Part shown: piece by piece, positions 23,001-37,822 of the stretch
Layout: every line of letters starts with the position of its first letter
Numbering within the stretch: the first letter of the stretch is position 1
Assembly: GCA_965235115.1 (NCBI GenBank)
Contig: OZ249436.1
Location: forward strand, 29,080,001 to 29,144,000
Length of the DNA stretch: 64,000 nt
Direction of reading: 5' to 3'
Source: Laetmonice hystrix
Taxonomy: Eukaryota
The notes under the pieces: generated by a model
Database searches by the model: none
What the model saw: the letters and a program-made list of their open reading frames with translations, nothing else
What the model was told of the DNA's origin: nothing
Translations under genes and position numbers: made by a program

Positions 23001-26000
23001 TATTTTTTCTCTCTCTCTCTCTCACCTGCACAATAGGTTGAATGTTCCCCTCGTGTTAGTTTCCTTGGTGTTGTCACTTCCTCTGGCGCATCATGGGCAT
23101 CGATCACAGAAACCTCCTTGAGCCACTTTTGGAGAATTTCTGGGGACAAGCTAAGATGTTTACTACCTGGCCCTCCACACCATGTTCTCTCATTGGACTG
23201 CTCTCCAACAAGGAACTGTTGTCTGAATACATCTCCTTTACTTGTCACCTGAACAACAGCATTTAATAAATATACATGTAAATGGAATTAAACATCGGGT
23301 TAAATTGCGAGTTTCATGTCTCAGCAACAGCCACATGATAGAGGTAGTCAGTTTGACAGGTAGGGAAACCAAAGTACATGAAGGAAAACCACGAAAGTTT
23401 GCAGCAAGTACATGACAAACATTCTGATATACAGGGTGGTCCAAAAAAAATTGACACTTTTTAAACCTTAAAAAAGAAACGACCACCCCCAATGTGTACT
23501 GGCCAGACACACAGGCCGTGAACTTCTAAGCAAGTCAAAAAAGATTTGAACACAATTGGTGCTCGAATAGTTAAGATATAAGCACTTTAGTGCCGGAGCC
23601 TGCTGAGAGCCTGCTCAGCTGGTGTATGCCGCCATAGCGTCTGCTCGTTGGGCTAATCTCAAATTGCACATGCTCGACCTAGGCCTGACCAATCACAACA
23701 CGACCGCTCTACAGTTTGGGAAGGACTAAAAATTGATGCACATGTTGCACTGACGATTCGGAAGGTAGCGAACGTTGACAGCTTACAGGCTATATTTGTT
23801 AGAACATAGACGGAAACCATCGATAGTGATGAGGAATGGCTGGGAATTAAGCCTACCGATATCAGGGTGTATAGATATATCAGGGTGGACACGGGTCTGG
23901 GCAGCTGGCTTTGGGCCACCTGCTTTGTCCCGCTCGGAGGTGTGACTGATGTTGACGGAGCTCAGCCCTGCTGCTGCTGGGCCCCCACTCTGACTACAAC
24001 CGGGCACTGAGATCCGGGCAGTGTCAGCACAGACCTGTTGCATTTAGTTGTGACTGTGACTGTGGGACTGACCCCCATCGATTCGCCCACCTGCCTCGGC
24101 TGCCTTTAGCCTAGTCTAGCCTAGCCCGACAACCCCGGCCTCAACTGATCAATTCAGCGCATGCTCAATAGATGCAAAGATGGGCACAAATGGCTGCGCT
24201 GCTGAAGCCAGTGATTTTGACACGGTTGTCATGTTCAACATATGACTTCTTGGAATGGGGGGACATTTATTTCCAACCCCTACTCTTAAAGGTGAGATAT
24301 AATAGAGGCCTTGCAGCTGTCCAAATGTGATATTTGACTGGACTTCTCCTTTAATTAAGTACTTTTACTATATTTGTTTGTTTAGTGCAGGGTCCCAGAC
24401 AACTTTGATAGGACATGCCCATAAACAACACTGGACGATCTTTAGGTTAATGATATCTTGTTCACGAGGCAGGGCTCAATTTTTCCTTGAAATACATCGT
24501 GGCTAAGAAGTGTCTCCCCACAGTTCGTACAGCTTTGGCTGGAAGAATTTCCATAACTTTTCCAAAACTTTCCAAAACACAAAATTCAAATTTCCATACC
24601 CTCTACCTTCAAACCCAAGTAATGATCAGTGCCCTAACTGCCTGGACTTAGGCTAATTCAGAGACGACAATGGCTAATTACTGAAACAAAAAACTACAGC
24701 TGAAACACTACTTCATTAAATTAACAGGTTTTAAGCAGGAATGTGATAAATTTCCATAATTTTTCTGTAGCCCATGACTTTCCAGGTCCTGGAAAACACA
24801 ATGATCACTTTCCAAACCTTTCCAAAACCCGTACGAACCCTGTGTCTCACAAAAAAGAAGGTGATGCAATGATATCATTCACCTCAGTCTTGTATTATTA
24901 AATGGAGATCTTGCTGCCCTTTCAAGCCATGTACGTACTGGGATACATGTAGCTTTCTACAGCAGTGATATGAGCAACAGATAAGTATCTTCTAACATAC
25001 AAGAGCTGCAACTTTTTTCACTTTGTTTAATTATTGAAAACATGCTTTATTTTACAAATTTTCTATTGTAAAATTTGCACGACATTTTACCTATGAACCA
25101 TGACCCACCACACTTGATGGATCAATTTGTTCAAAGTCAGTACCGGTATTTTACATTGTAACCATAATGATAAGGAAACCATACCTGAAAGGCGGTGAAG
25201 CCAGAGGTAGGGTTTTTATAAGCAGTTATTCCAGTTAAAGGGGCCAGCAAACGTTGGTCTACCACACACTGTTGGAGTCCAGGTGGGGGCTTCAGGCCAA
25301 GACCCATCAAGTCACTGTCCAAACAAGTAAAACACTCAACAGGCACTGCAAGCATGATAAACTTACTTTACAAATTTAACAACTGCCTGGCAGATATTCT
25401 TTAAATAAGTAATACAGAAATGAATAATACGTTTACACTTCAAACTTTAGTATAACTAGCACCCAATCTTTTAATTACAATCACTATAATTTTACAGTTA
25501 CCAGTAATACCATAATAGGCCTACATATTTTGAGCCGAGATGCACACTTAAGTTATGAGTGAAAGAATGCCCAATGTCCATATGGACACATCAGGAACCA
25601 AAGACATAGCCATGTTTACCCTGGTCTTCCGATCCTCCAGGGAGGCACGCTAGAGACTGGTGGTCGATCACTATGTGAAATATTGAACTGGTGACATATT
25701 GTTTCAGGGTGGCTCTGAGAGGCAAGCAGCACGACGTCATCGTAGCAGTCTCCGGCTGAGTTTGTTGTGTTGTTCCACTCCTTGACTACACCAGTCACCA
25801 CCTTCATGTACTGTGGAGGCGTCGCCAACAAATGATGCCACAGCAACACCTGTTTTATAATATTTAATTTTTTCATGTTATTGAATTCCAAACTATAGTA
25901 AATCTCTATAAACATAAACATACTTACTTAATCCAAAGAGCAGATAGTTAATACCAGTACTTACTTTTTTTCCTGTTCTAACATTTCAAATTGCTGCTAC

Positions 26001-29000
26001 AGGTTGACGGAGATCTATTATCGTGAGTGACAGCTGATTAGTGACTAAAAATGATATTATAATACAGGCCTGATCTTAAGTAAAATTTGCGCAACCCCAA
26101 AATTGGCTTGCATAACCCGTAGTTCGGTTATATGGAATTTGTTTGCATAAATGAAAAGTTACGCAAATCAGTTACCTAGAATGACTCATAATGAATGTCT
26201 CCTGTGTGTCACAGTGTGTTTTAATATTATAGTTTGATATGCGGGACGACTCTGACAAGGTTCGGCCACACAAGTTCGTCATTTGTTGCATGTTGGGAGA
26301 AAAACGCGAAAAAATGGCTAAATTTGCAGGTGAACGGATTTTCGTTCCCGCCCCCTTTTTATTTTAAGTAAACGACAGGTGAATGAAACGATTGTTGGCA
26401 TCGTAAAATCAGGCCTGATAATAATGTGCTTGTTTATTTCCTTACCGTTTTCTTTGGCATGCGTTGGTCAAGAATGAAGAGACAGTTATTGGTGGCGACA
26501 AGATGGTAGAAAGGGTTGGAGTCATGGGCCCTGCTGACCATGATTCTTTCACAGGGTTGCAGTTGGGGACTCGGCAAAACAAACATTTCCTCTTTCCGTG
26601 GTTCTGCCTGCAGCCAATGCAAACACTACATCAGATAAACATATAGCCTACAAAAGCATCTTCAACTAACTCGGCAATACAAATAAACCATTGAATCTCT
26701 TTGGCCACTTAATAGTCTTGTCTGCAAATCAGGTTATAATGGCCATTGGTTTTTGTTGTTTGCATTCTCAAGTGAGGGAAATGTGTAGTTTCACCTGCCC
26801 TCTCTATGTAAAGAGTTTGCATATAGTGAGAGTTAGTCTGTTCTCTCTCTCTCTCTGACTGAGTGCTAGGCTCTCTTCAGCTCCCTTGCTGGCAATCACT
26901 TCTAGGCCACATTTTTATTGTTTGGTTTACAGGCCCGCCGACATGGGAAATTGCAAAAGTATAAAAATAATCAAACTGGAAAAATCCCTTTTTTTTTAAT
27001 TTCCGCCGAACTTCCCAATGTGCTAGTCAGAAGACACAGAAAAAAAAAAACATTTTTTTTTAAATCTGCCCACATCGGCTGGTATACATATCTGCATGTT
27101 AGACTTTACTTACTTTTACTTTTTACAAATTGTTAATATACCGTAACTATCATAAAAGTTGGAAAAAAAGTAAACCAGGAGGAACTTTATTTTTATTTCA
27201 TCATTTGTACTTTAGGTAACTTTGCAGGGTGCCCGTAAACCAAACAATAACAAGCTTGTGAAGCTTATAGCCCCCAACAAGAGCTATGGATTCTTGAAGA
27301 AACGATGCACGACTTCAGGATCTTTCAAGGTCAATAAAGGTCAAATAAATACATGTAGTGACAAATTAAACTTGGAGATGTGACCCACTGATATCGTTAT
27401 CGGCACCTGTTTTGGAGATACAGGCCATTGCACCATTGACTTTGACTGACCTTTCGAGGTTACTCAAATTCATGGAAAAGGAATGTTCATCTATAATTTC
27501 CTATCCATCTTCTATAACGTCTATTGATGGGATCTTCCTTGCAACCTTGAATGACCTTTGACCTTCACTTGACCTACACATGGCTGGACAGACGGCAAAT
27601 TAGAAGCCCCCATTGGGGCCTAACAAAAGTGTGGCCATACCTATTGTAACTCAAAATTCTAGTGCAGAAATTACTACCATTTGCTATTGCCGATATTTGG
27701 TTTCATCATTACAGATCTAGTCTAATATAATAATTTCATTCAATGCAAATTTTTCACTTACCCTGACATCCCACACTGCCACCCCAGTTCTGTCAGTAAC
27801 CATCACCTGCCTAGGATGGGCACTAAACTGGGCACTGCACCATTTCTCAGGGGTGACAAACCGATGATTTCTCAGCTTACCAAGCAAATTGGTCTCCTGC
27901 TCAATGTGCCATAACTGTACTCGACCTCTGCTATCTGCTATTAGGCATTCACCACATATGAAGGGACTGCAACCATAAAATACATCAGTAAACACATTTT
28001 GACAACAAAAAACTGTGCAGAGCAAGAAAGAGTATAGGAACCGAGTGAGCGATTTGTCGATTTACATCCTGTTGACAACTATCTTCATGGCAAGAAAATA
28101 TTTTCTTAAACTGATCAGTCCATATACAGTGTTTGCGTTAACACAGTTTTCCTACATATTTACGCATAATTATATTGAACAGTGATGCAAAAGCTCCAAT
28201 TTTAGATGGGTAGACTATATCTCAAGGTATATACATCAGGGATGAAAGTGGCCAGCTGTAAAATTTCCTGAAATTCTGACCGGGGGGGGGGGGGGGGGGG
28301 GCGGCGGGGGCCAATGTCCATAATTAATATTTGTTCATGCGCACATCCAAGGCTTACCCCCCCCCCCTTAAAAAAAGTCAGGCTAGGAACAGCAGACAAT
28401 CATGATCCGATAAGGCCTCCTAGCTATTATATATTATAGGGCCTAGCCCTCAGTATTTAGTCGCCACCCCCCCCCCACCCCCCCACCCCCCTCAACCCCC
28501 CACCCCTGCAAATTTGCTGGATAGACTCCATCACTCATCAGTCCATGCCCCTGTTCAAGGCTGTTGCTTGCCTGTCACTCAGACTCAGTCACAGTCAGTG
28601 TCAACCTCTGCCTGGCTCTGCCGTCTCTCTCCAACATTGGAATCCAGTCGGCTTTTAGCGTCCAAAATGCAACCGATTACGTTGTCAAACAGCTTCCATG
28701 TGTTAGACTGACCACACAGGCTGTCCATCAGTCTTGACCCTCAGCAGTCACGACCCTCAGCGGCTCTCAGCCAAGCAACACAGACTTCGCTGAGTCGAGT
28801 GGTTCAGCCCGTGTGTCCATGTGCCACTCATGTTGTTGTGAAAATTGTCACTTCCGGTCTTATCAGGACACCTGCACTGATCGACAAATGTAATGAAAAG
28901 TCCTGACAACCCCAAAACTTCAGTGAAAACCACTTACGTAATGCCACTATCCTCAAATTTATATGCAAGAACACATTATGAGAACTTACTGACATATATA

Positions 29001-32000
29001 CTAGGCAGATTCATAGAACTAAATTGACCCAGTTTCCTGTGAAGAGTGACATTGTGATGGTGCGTAGTTCGTCAGCCTAATCACTATCACCGGGACTAGA
29101 CAGACCGGTCTGTCTATAGTCTCGTTGCTATCACTAAGTGAGCACTCAGGCAAAACTCGCGCATGGATATGGCATAATGGCAAGCCTGAATCAACGGGCT
29201 TCGCAGCTGCCTGACCATCAATTTTGCCTGAAGTCATTACCTGAGGTGAGTCGCTCTCACCACAGCGACACGGGGCCGTGCCTGCCAGACGGGACAGACG
29301 CCACCGCGTGCCGGTAGAAGTCAGCCCACGCGGGCCGGTCTATGTGAGCGATGTCACCACAGCTACAGGGACCAGGGCCCGGTTCACAAACAAAGTCAAG
29401 TCAATTTTAATTGACTTGAAGTCAATTTTACTTGAATCTGATTGGTTAAAATGGATTTCAAGTTAATTAAAATTGACTTGGCTTTGTTTGTGAACCGGGC
29501 CCAGCACCCCCGGCAGACCGGCCTATGGCTATGCACGGTGGCACCCGTGAGTCGTGACACTGGACGGGTTTGAGACACTCTAATATCCCCATCTATAAAC
29601 GAACTTTGGCAGGTAGAGATATATTGAGCTGCATGGTGTTAAAAAACGTCCTGGAAGGGGATATTGTTTCATTTGATATTAATTGCCCACCACACAGTCC
29701 AGGGCAATACTTAGCCTTGGCTTAGGCCTACCTCTTTTGCCTATAGATCTAGGCCTATTTCCTTTTTTGGGTGTTATTTCTTGGGGGGGGGGGGTTCAAA
29801 TTTCCTGATTTCAGGAAATTTCCTGAAAACTTTCATCCCTGATACATAGATTCACAACTTGTGGATCAGCAATAGATTCACACCTTGTGGATCAGTAATA
29901 GCTCACTTTGTGGCTCAGTAATAGCTCACTTTGTGGCTCAGTAATACCTCCTACCGACTGCCTCACAGAACAATCTATTGCTCACTTTATAATTTAATGG
30001 TGGGCGCCTTTGCTCTGATAGAGTGTTTGTTATAGGTCCTACTGAGGTGAGCTATTTTCTTATGTTAGGTGCGTCTTTTTTCATGCACCTCAAATGATTT
30101 TAGGCGCGTCATGGTGCATGTGCACTGTGTTTTCATCTCAAACTTGACTTAAGCTCAACAAAAAAAACGGGCCCAGATGTGGTCAAAATTCTACTTTCAT
30201 GCAACAACCTCCACTCTTTTACTTGTTGGCACTCATGAAATGAATAATCAATCTTGTGTAATGCAAGGAGTATCAAAAATTTTCTTCCCCATAATCAGTG
30301 ATTGCAGCGCAACAGGCCACTGCCATCCCCCTGCCCCACCCCCAGGTAGGAAGAGAAAAATATTCTTGAAAGCCTTCTGCTAGAGAACCTACCTTAAAGA
30401 TATACCCGTAGGGTTGCGCTTCTTGAAGGTTTTCTCTGAGAGTCTACATATTTTAATTTTTTCATTATCTTGCAATTCAAAAAGTCTGCAACATTTATCC
30501 ATTGTGCGTACGCTACAGAAGCCTGAAAAAAAACACATGAAAGATAATAACTTAGGCCACCCTTTATTTTACCCAAATAGGCCCGATACTAATATTGTTA
30601 CGGGATGAAGCTAATAGAATCTCGCTGGGCTCAATTGTTTCAAAGAATTGTAGAGTAATAGGAAGTATGTCACAAAATCATGCGCTAAGACTGAAAAAAC
30701 CCTTCTTAATCAGAATCTTTTCAAAACCTTCATTATTCTAAATACTGCAAGCTACATGTAACTTTGTACTGATTATAAAAGCAACGCCAAAATATTACTC
30801 ATGTTGGTAAAAAAAGGTTGACATTTTTAGTCTTGTTTTAAACCATCTAAGAATATACAATGTGTTTGTAGATCATAAAAACTGTGATAGAAATCTTTTC
30901 CTTACACTTTCCATTCACAACTACTGTATCAATTTCCAGGATCCGACTTCCAAAACTATGGGACTGTACAGTCTCTTTCCTTTGTCCATCTGTTGTAAAA
31001 ATGTGCCCACCTGTTTTGTCAAGGAGGCTAAATGAATACTCTCTAGGTTCTCACACATGGCAACTACATATTGTCCAGTAATAGATCTATGATTTATAAA
31101 AACAGATATATATTTTAATATACATAAGTCACAGATATATATTTTAATATACATAAGTCAACTCAGGACACTCTCTTAACTTATGAACCTGCAGGATTTG
31201 TGGGAAAGACTTTTGCTATCAACTGCTGTTAGACAGAAAACAAAGTTTACCTTTTGCCTTGAAAACTTTAAATGACAACTTTAAATGAATTTATGCAAAC
31301 TTGTTAATAGTAATGTAAGGATACTGAAGATGTCACTATCCATTCCTTGTGGATGGCAAAGAAGAACTTCATCTACACTTCTTGGGCTGGTGACAACACT
31401 CAGACAACCACCAGTATACGCAGAATTCACTTCCTGGAAAACATGACACCACCACAAGAAACTTCTTTATATTTCAGGATACCCATGCAGACAGATTTTA
31501 GTCTATTTACAAGCGATTTTAAGACTGCATAAAAAAAGTACCGGCATGTCTTTTCACCAAACTTTAGCGTTTATTAGAACAAAGATAAATTGCTGTATGA
31601 AATACCTAAATTCACAAAGAAAAATATCTTAAATTACTTATTTGAAAAGAATATCAGGTGACAGAAATTGCTACTCACTGGGACGAATGGGACATCTGAG
31701 AAAAAATCCTGGGTGTTTTTCCATGTTGCTAGTGGCTTTTTTAACCCATGGGGGGTTGGTGTGTTCTGAGATTTGTCAGCAATGCATTGGATCAGATGCT
31801 CCTTGTACTGGTTCAACTCGTCAAACTTTTTTTTTTGCTGCATACAGTAAAATTAAAATACTGCAAATTTATTGTATCGTATTTTGCAAGTTGGTTTCAT
31901 GGCACACTGTCACAAAAAGGTATTTCAGAGGTTTGTTTACACATTGCACTACTTATGGCTAGCAAGTGACAAACATGAACACAAGTTAGGCCAATTCTGG

Positions 32001-34422
32001 ACCACTCTCATTTTGTAAAATACTTTGGATTATTAAATTTACTCATACGTAAAATGTTACTTCTTTACATCTTAGCATGTTATTGAAACATCCATCTATT
32101 CATTTTACTTAGTCCATCTTCTTACTTCTCTTTCAAATCAAATTGGCAATTAACTTTTGTTTATAATACACACCTTTCTGAAATGTCCGCCCCTCACTGT
32201 CACATCATAGTTAATGACCTTCAGATTTTCTAACATCTTTTCTATTTGACTCATACATGGATCAGGTGTTGATGAAACTGCAATAATAACACACAGGTAA
32301 ATTTTCACATAGCATTCACAAATACAAAAAAAGATATATTGTGCAGAAATTAGTAATTACCGTAAATTATCGTGTATGGTACATGTATGGAGCTGGCTGC
32401 AGCAGTTCTGCCTAGGGTCCCAGCCACAATATGTGATGGTGTTAGTGGGCCTAATTTCTTTCTTCCTGGGTCTTGGCCAAAAAATCGCCTGCCTATTATA
32501 CACGAGTGGGTATTATACACGATAATTTACGGTAGGACAGGGTTGGACAAATCCACTAGCCCGAGGTCCGGGACCTGCCTATTATTGCTTCGGACTTGTG
32601 AAAATATATCTTTGGTAGTCCGACGGACTCTTGCCAAGTCGTGGTTAAACCTACTGTCCTTGACAGGTGGTATCTGTCAGGACCTGGTGCCAGGCATGTA
32701 GCAGGTCACAAACCTTCATCCTCCAAGGATGCTAGAGGTATGTGGCATGTAATGGCAATGATGATGGCAATCTTAACATTTCCCTAAACACTCCATGAAA
32801 TTGTGGAGTTTTGGACCAGTGGACCCAAGTGCAGGACCAGTAAATATTCTGAGTTACTGGTCCTGGACTAGTGACTCATAAAATAATTTGTCCAACCCTG
32901 TAGGAGCCATCCATAAATTTGTAAAGCTCAGGGGGGATGGAAGGGTGTATGTCAAGGCGTTATTCCAAAGTTTAGCGCCCTTGATTTCAGCATCGTCGCT
33001 CGCTGTGCTTCGAACACCGGCCTGCTCGCCACTTGGCCCGGTGTCGCTGGCACTGGCTCGGTCTCTCGGGCTCGGCCGTGCCCGTGGGTTAAATAATTAT
33101 AGGTCGGGATAGGTTATAGTTCTAGTGTGTGTTCTTGCAGCCCTGTCAACTCAAAGTTGTTCCTCCCACTGTCACTATAGTGTCAGGATTTAATGCCTAC
33201 CCGTTGCTGCTATCATTGGCTTTGCCATTGCTTCGACAACAATAACTTTACCGTGGGAACGTTCCTATTGGCTAACCAGAAAAGCACGCTAAGGCTGTGC
33301 TGTAAACTGATGGAGCCGCAGTCAACTGCAGCCAGGTCGAAAACAGATGGCGCTGCGAGCTGCGCGTTTCTGAGAACAGGCGGGAGGGGATGAATCACTG
33401 CAACTGCAAGCGGTTCAACCCCGAGCGGGGGAGGATGATGGGAACCGTGTAAAATGTAAATCTTTTTGTTATGACCAGGGGCTGTCTCACTTAAGGCCGG
33501 TTTATAGTCCGTCGGCCGACCATCGCTGAACGTTTATAGTCCAGTGATCCGGCCGTCGACCGACCGATCGCTGGGAGTTAAGCCTGCGTGAACTTTGACC
33601 TGATGTCGAGCGATGGTCGGCCGACAGACTTTAAACCGACCTTAAGACTGTATGAGCTTATCGATGGCCTTATAGCTCATAAACAAGAAAAAACATGTAC
33701 ATTTTGCTGTTATGATCTATAGAAAATATGAGCTCGTAAAATACAAGTGTTTAGTCTAGATAGTGAAATGGTCCCCTGGACCTTGATCTACAGACTGTTT
33801 ATCAGATGAGAACAAAAATGGTCTCAGAAGATACTTGCCATGCTCTATTCCGGTTCTGGTATCTCATCATTGTTTGTATCATTACAAGCAGGAGGAGGTC
33901 TGAACCAATAGCTAATTACACCAGACCCAATGTGCTATCAAATGGCCAAAATAGGGCGTACTCAGGAATTTCCAAGGTTGCTCTATGGCTTTGGCAATTG
34001 ATATATCTTGTGGAATTGTTTTTAATTCAAAGGGGGAGTCACATTTTGTTCATTGCATGTGGCTGAAGCAATTACACAACATGTACAATAAGGTATTAAA
34101 ACAATACCTACTAAGATATCATACATATTAACCTTCAACCAAAGTAAATGTATAGAAAATCTGCTTGCAGCTGACTTAAGGAATATTAAAGGAATGGTTT
34201 TCAATTACCTTTGTTTGGTCTTGACATGGGAAGGGCTGGGCCTGTTGCACACAGTACATGTTGATTCTTTGATAAAGGAGGCTTCTGAACTGTCATTTCT
34301 AACTGGCCATCCCTCATGTTGATGTCGACTCCTCCAACTGATCCATATTCTTCAAAAAAGTCTCTCTCAACAAGGCTGCGAGGCAAAGGAGGATCTGGGA
34401 AGTAAGCCTTAGAAGCTTCCAT
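20090..34422 (-). CDS. TAF1C: TATA-box binding protein-associated factor, RNA polymerase I subunit C (SL1/TIF-IB, Rrn6-like), 14 coding exons
   Basis: Exons 34209-34422, 32174-32277, 31679-31837, 31325-31433, 30906-31010, 30393-30522, 27762-27966, 26446-26607, 25620-25849, 25185-25314, 23026-23248, 22733-22890, 20857-21003 and 20090-20524 join in frame. YTGGCL, TGISLSPFICGE, FSAHPRQVMVTDRTGV, LFILDQRMP..LLWHHLL and FQVTSKGDVFRQQ match recalled TAF1C. Probable non-coding first exon has its donor at 37371-37375. Confidence 0.85.
21117..21486. mobile_element. hAT-like MITE, 6-bp TSD
   Basis: CATGTG|CATACCTGCCAAC...GTTGGCAGGTATG|CATGTG. Confidence 0.75.
26065..26417. mobile_element. hAT-like MITE, 6-bp TSD
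   Basis: ATAATA|CAGGCCTGAT...ATCAGGCCTG|ATAATA. Confidence 0.7.
28237..29841. mobile_element. hAT-like non-autonomous element (6-bp TSD) containing a Harbinger MITE at 29376-29501
   Basis: ATACAT|CAGGGATGAAAGT...ACTTTCATCCCTG|ATACAT. Nested CAG|GGCCCGGTTCACAAACAAAG...CTTTGTTTGTGAACCGGGCC|CAG. Confidence 0.75.
29848..29946. repeat. Short tandem repeat, about 23-25 bp unit, about 4 copies
   Basis: Units of AATAGCTCACTTTGTGGCTCAGT and variants. Confidence 0.7.
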
Positions 34423-34838
34423 CTTGCTGGATTATTTTTCTGGGAAAGGGATGAAAAATCACAGGTTGGACTTTACAGAACAGTGAAGTCTTATGTGCAT
34501 AATAGATAGGTGCCTTTTTGGAAACATGAAATCTATCAAATGAAGTGATGCAGCTATGCAGTGTAGAGTTAGTAGGCTCTTTGCTGTGGGCACTAATGGG
34601 GTGCTAAAGTCCTGACAAAACCAACATACTTGTAATCATTTTATTAGCAATGGTCTGTAATTTAGGAATACCTAAGGTGTATACTCCTCAAAAATTTATA
34701 ATTTCAGCAAAACAAATTTATGTGGTTCTTTTCTGAAAACTAGGACATTTGGCCACTAACGTTGATTTTCGTCAATATCACCAACTTTCGCCAACACGGT
34801 TGCCAATCTGGCAATCTAGGGCGGGTGGTAGCTATAGT

Positions 34839-37170
34839 ACTAAAATAACTGAAGGACATGGGGCCCTAACACCGAAACACAGTGGTGCTGAGTAAAATTC
34901 TGGGCATGTTAAAAGAAAACCTCTACTGCTACATTACGCTATCATAAAATTGCTTAAATGTACATCCTAACGTACATTAATGTCTGTTCGAACCGTCGCC
35001 GGCTAGCAATGTCACTCCGATTATTGTCAGCTGCCTGTACCCATACGCCATTACGTGTTGACCTGCTGACGTCACTGACAGCTCCGCAGCTCCAGGCTGA
35101 ATTCTTATTGGAGCTCTTCAGCAAAGAATATAAAGTTATACGAAGTACATGAAGTAGGGTGTTTAGGCCATTTTTTTAAAATGCATCTTTTCTAAACAAT
35201 TGATACATCAGCTGAAATTGAGTGCATTTCAAATCTGTTTAAATTCCTTCGATACCATGTCTCTATCCGAAGTTATGGACATTTTAAACGTGAAAAAATG
35301 GGGCTTTCGTGGGACAATTCTCCCATAGGGATGAGGTTGAGGTTAAGTCAGTAGTATAAGATAAGATGAAGAAAAAATTATGTCGGCCATATTGGACGCC
35401 ACTTTGAATTCAAAATGGCTACCAGTTTTGAGTGTTTTTGACATTTTAATTAAGAATAAAATGCTTAAAATTACATTTCTTGCGTCTTGCGATTTTCAAG
35501 GTAAAATGTACAAATACTAAGGTGGTTAATATGACGGCTCACTTCAGATTAAAAAAAAAACAATATGGCCGCCATATTGGAATCAATATGGTCGCCAAAT
35601 CAGAAAATTGTCATATATGGCCTGAATCCAGCAAATATCATACATTTACTTATTCCATTCTCTCCTATTTGTTGCACTCTTTACTGTAACATATATTTGA
35701 GTCCCATAACCAAGATGGCTGCCATATTAGACGCCATATTGGAATCAAGGTGGCCGACAAATCAAGAAAAATTAAAAATTAAAAAAAACCTATATTGCCT
35801 ACTAGTTTTTAATACTACTACCTAACTCCCTGCAGATCTGTATGACCCCCCCCCCCCCCCGATTTCCTGCAGACCTGTATGACCACCCCCCCGACCCCCC
35901 CCCCCCCCTTCCCGCACATAACAACCCAACCCCCACTCCAAGCTATGGCATGGCAACGGCTTTTCCGTTTCGTTTTCCGCTGAGATGTGAGCTGAGCAGC
36001 ATTTTACTGTTCATGTGAGCAGTGCTCACCGTGAGCAGTAGACTCTACATCGGCTGTGATGGGTTTTTTTTGTTTACCCTGAGCACACAAGCTCACATGA
36101 GCACTTGCTCACGATGAGCAAGACACCGTAACTATGGAGATATGACGGGACAGTTTATTGTCATCACTCAGATACGGTGACGTCACAATACGGAGAGCGG
36201 ACAGCCAGGCAGCCCGGCTACGCTCTGCACTGACTACAGCGGCGGCGGCTGTCAGCACCCCAAACTCAAATTTTTCAAATGCGATTTTCATTCAATGTTA
36301 CTAATCACACACTCCCTAAAGGACTACCTAATGAAAGAGAACACCCTACTCTACTAAGATCCATTTGTAACTAAATTTCAGCTATTATCAATATAGTGAC
36401 TATAATGAGAAGAACTACAAAAAATGGCATAAAACCGTTGTTTATTGACCTACCGTTTAGTTACAAACAGCTCTTGATAGCTGAAGTCATTTCCTATTGG
36501 CTGAAATAGGTCTCATGATCCCATTGTGCATAACATTGAATGAAAAATTGCGTCATAATACGGCCTATTTTCCGACAAGGCCAAAAACGTTCGGACGTTT
36601 TCACGGCTGAGAGCACGGCACGGTTTTTCATGCAGTCGGCCACTTCAACCAGCGCTCGGCCGCAACCCCTCACGGTACAGCATAGTGATTATAACCATCA
36701 GAATCCTCAGATTCTCCTCTTTCTGATGATGATAGATTTATAATAATTTGACCAGAATTAGACCTTATGCTGGGAAGATTTCTACAGCGCAACAGCCTGC
36801 GGCGGCTGTGACACCGTTTGTCCCACTGCATTGGAACGTCACATAAACTACATGAAGTTACGAATTACTCCATTGTAATTTACACACATTCAGCCCGGAG
36901 CTGCTGTCGTGACGTCAAGCCAACACGTAACGGCGTAGGGGTACACGCTGCTGACAATGCTAGTCGGCGACGGTACGGTCAGATATTAATGTTCTAAGGA
37001 ATTACATTTAATCGAGTTTATTGCTAGCGTACATGTACCAGTGGATGTTTTCTTCTACCATGGTCCATGCCCAGAATTTTAACTCAACAACCACGGGGTT
37101 CCGGTGTTAGAGACCGATGCCCACGACCGGGCCAGTAGACAAACTTGTTTCATTCCTTCAGTTATTAGTA
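34839..37170. mobile_element. Old long-TIR element (about 270-bp diverged inverted repeats) with nested insertions, in the first intron of TAF1C
   Basis: 34839-35103 is a diverged reverse complement of 36887-37170 (AATAACTGAAGGA / TCCTTCAGTTATT; AAAATTCTGGGCATG / CATGCCCAGAATTTT). Confidence 0.65.
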
Positions 37171-37375
37171 ATAGTATTACAACACAGCCAATAAATGTGT
37201 CTGCTCACACACAACTCTCAAATTCAATAACGTCACATTTAGATCTATTCCATTGATACTGAGAAATTCCCTTTTATCGCTCAGAAACGTGCAGTAGGTA
37301 CACAACATTACATAGTCATACCATCAATAAAATAAAATCCCATTCAAAAAATTGTTCTCAAAACAAATTACTTAC

Positions 37376-37822
37376 TATCGTAAGGCCAATGTCATCCCTG
37401 ACATGCGTGTAAATTTCGTGTGCCGTGAAATATTTATCAAAACACCACCACGACGACCATGTCCACCCGCTTCATTTATTGCCTCCCGTAGTAGACTCTA
37501 CAGACACTAGTCCTTTCAAATAGATTATTACAAAATTCATGATATTACCCCATAGTTATTATAATCAGTAATTAATCAATTAATTTGCTTATCAATATAT
37601 ATACGACTGTTCCCAAAAATAACTGGCAGGTAGGTTGTGTGGCTGGAGAAAAAGTAGATACCGGTAGGCAGTAGTAGTAGGCAAACAGTTTCCGGTTATC
37701 GTGCGGTAGGATAGTATGAACTTGTCCATGAATGAATCACAGACGAGTGTCAGTTTTCTGCACAAAATGAGCATTTTCACCAACACAAGCGTCAGTAATG
37801 AATGCCTGGCATAGTTTAGAAA
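37376..37822. promoter_or_regulatory. Probable bidirectional promoter and 5' UTRs of TAF1C and ANAPC11
   Basis: A minus-strand GTAAGT donor at 37370-37375 (TAF1C UTR exon) lies about 450 bp from the plus-strand ANAPC11 ATG. Confidence 0.5.

Noticed and set aside
29848..29946. CRISPR-like repeat array
   Set aside because: Head-to-tail units with no unique spacers, in a eukaryotic intron.
31475..31484. Second U12-like donor GTATCCTG (minus strand) in TAF1C
   Set aside because: No in-frame upstream exon fits, and the flanking exons already join in phase 0.
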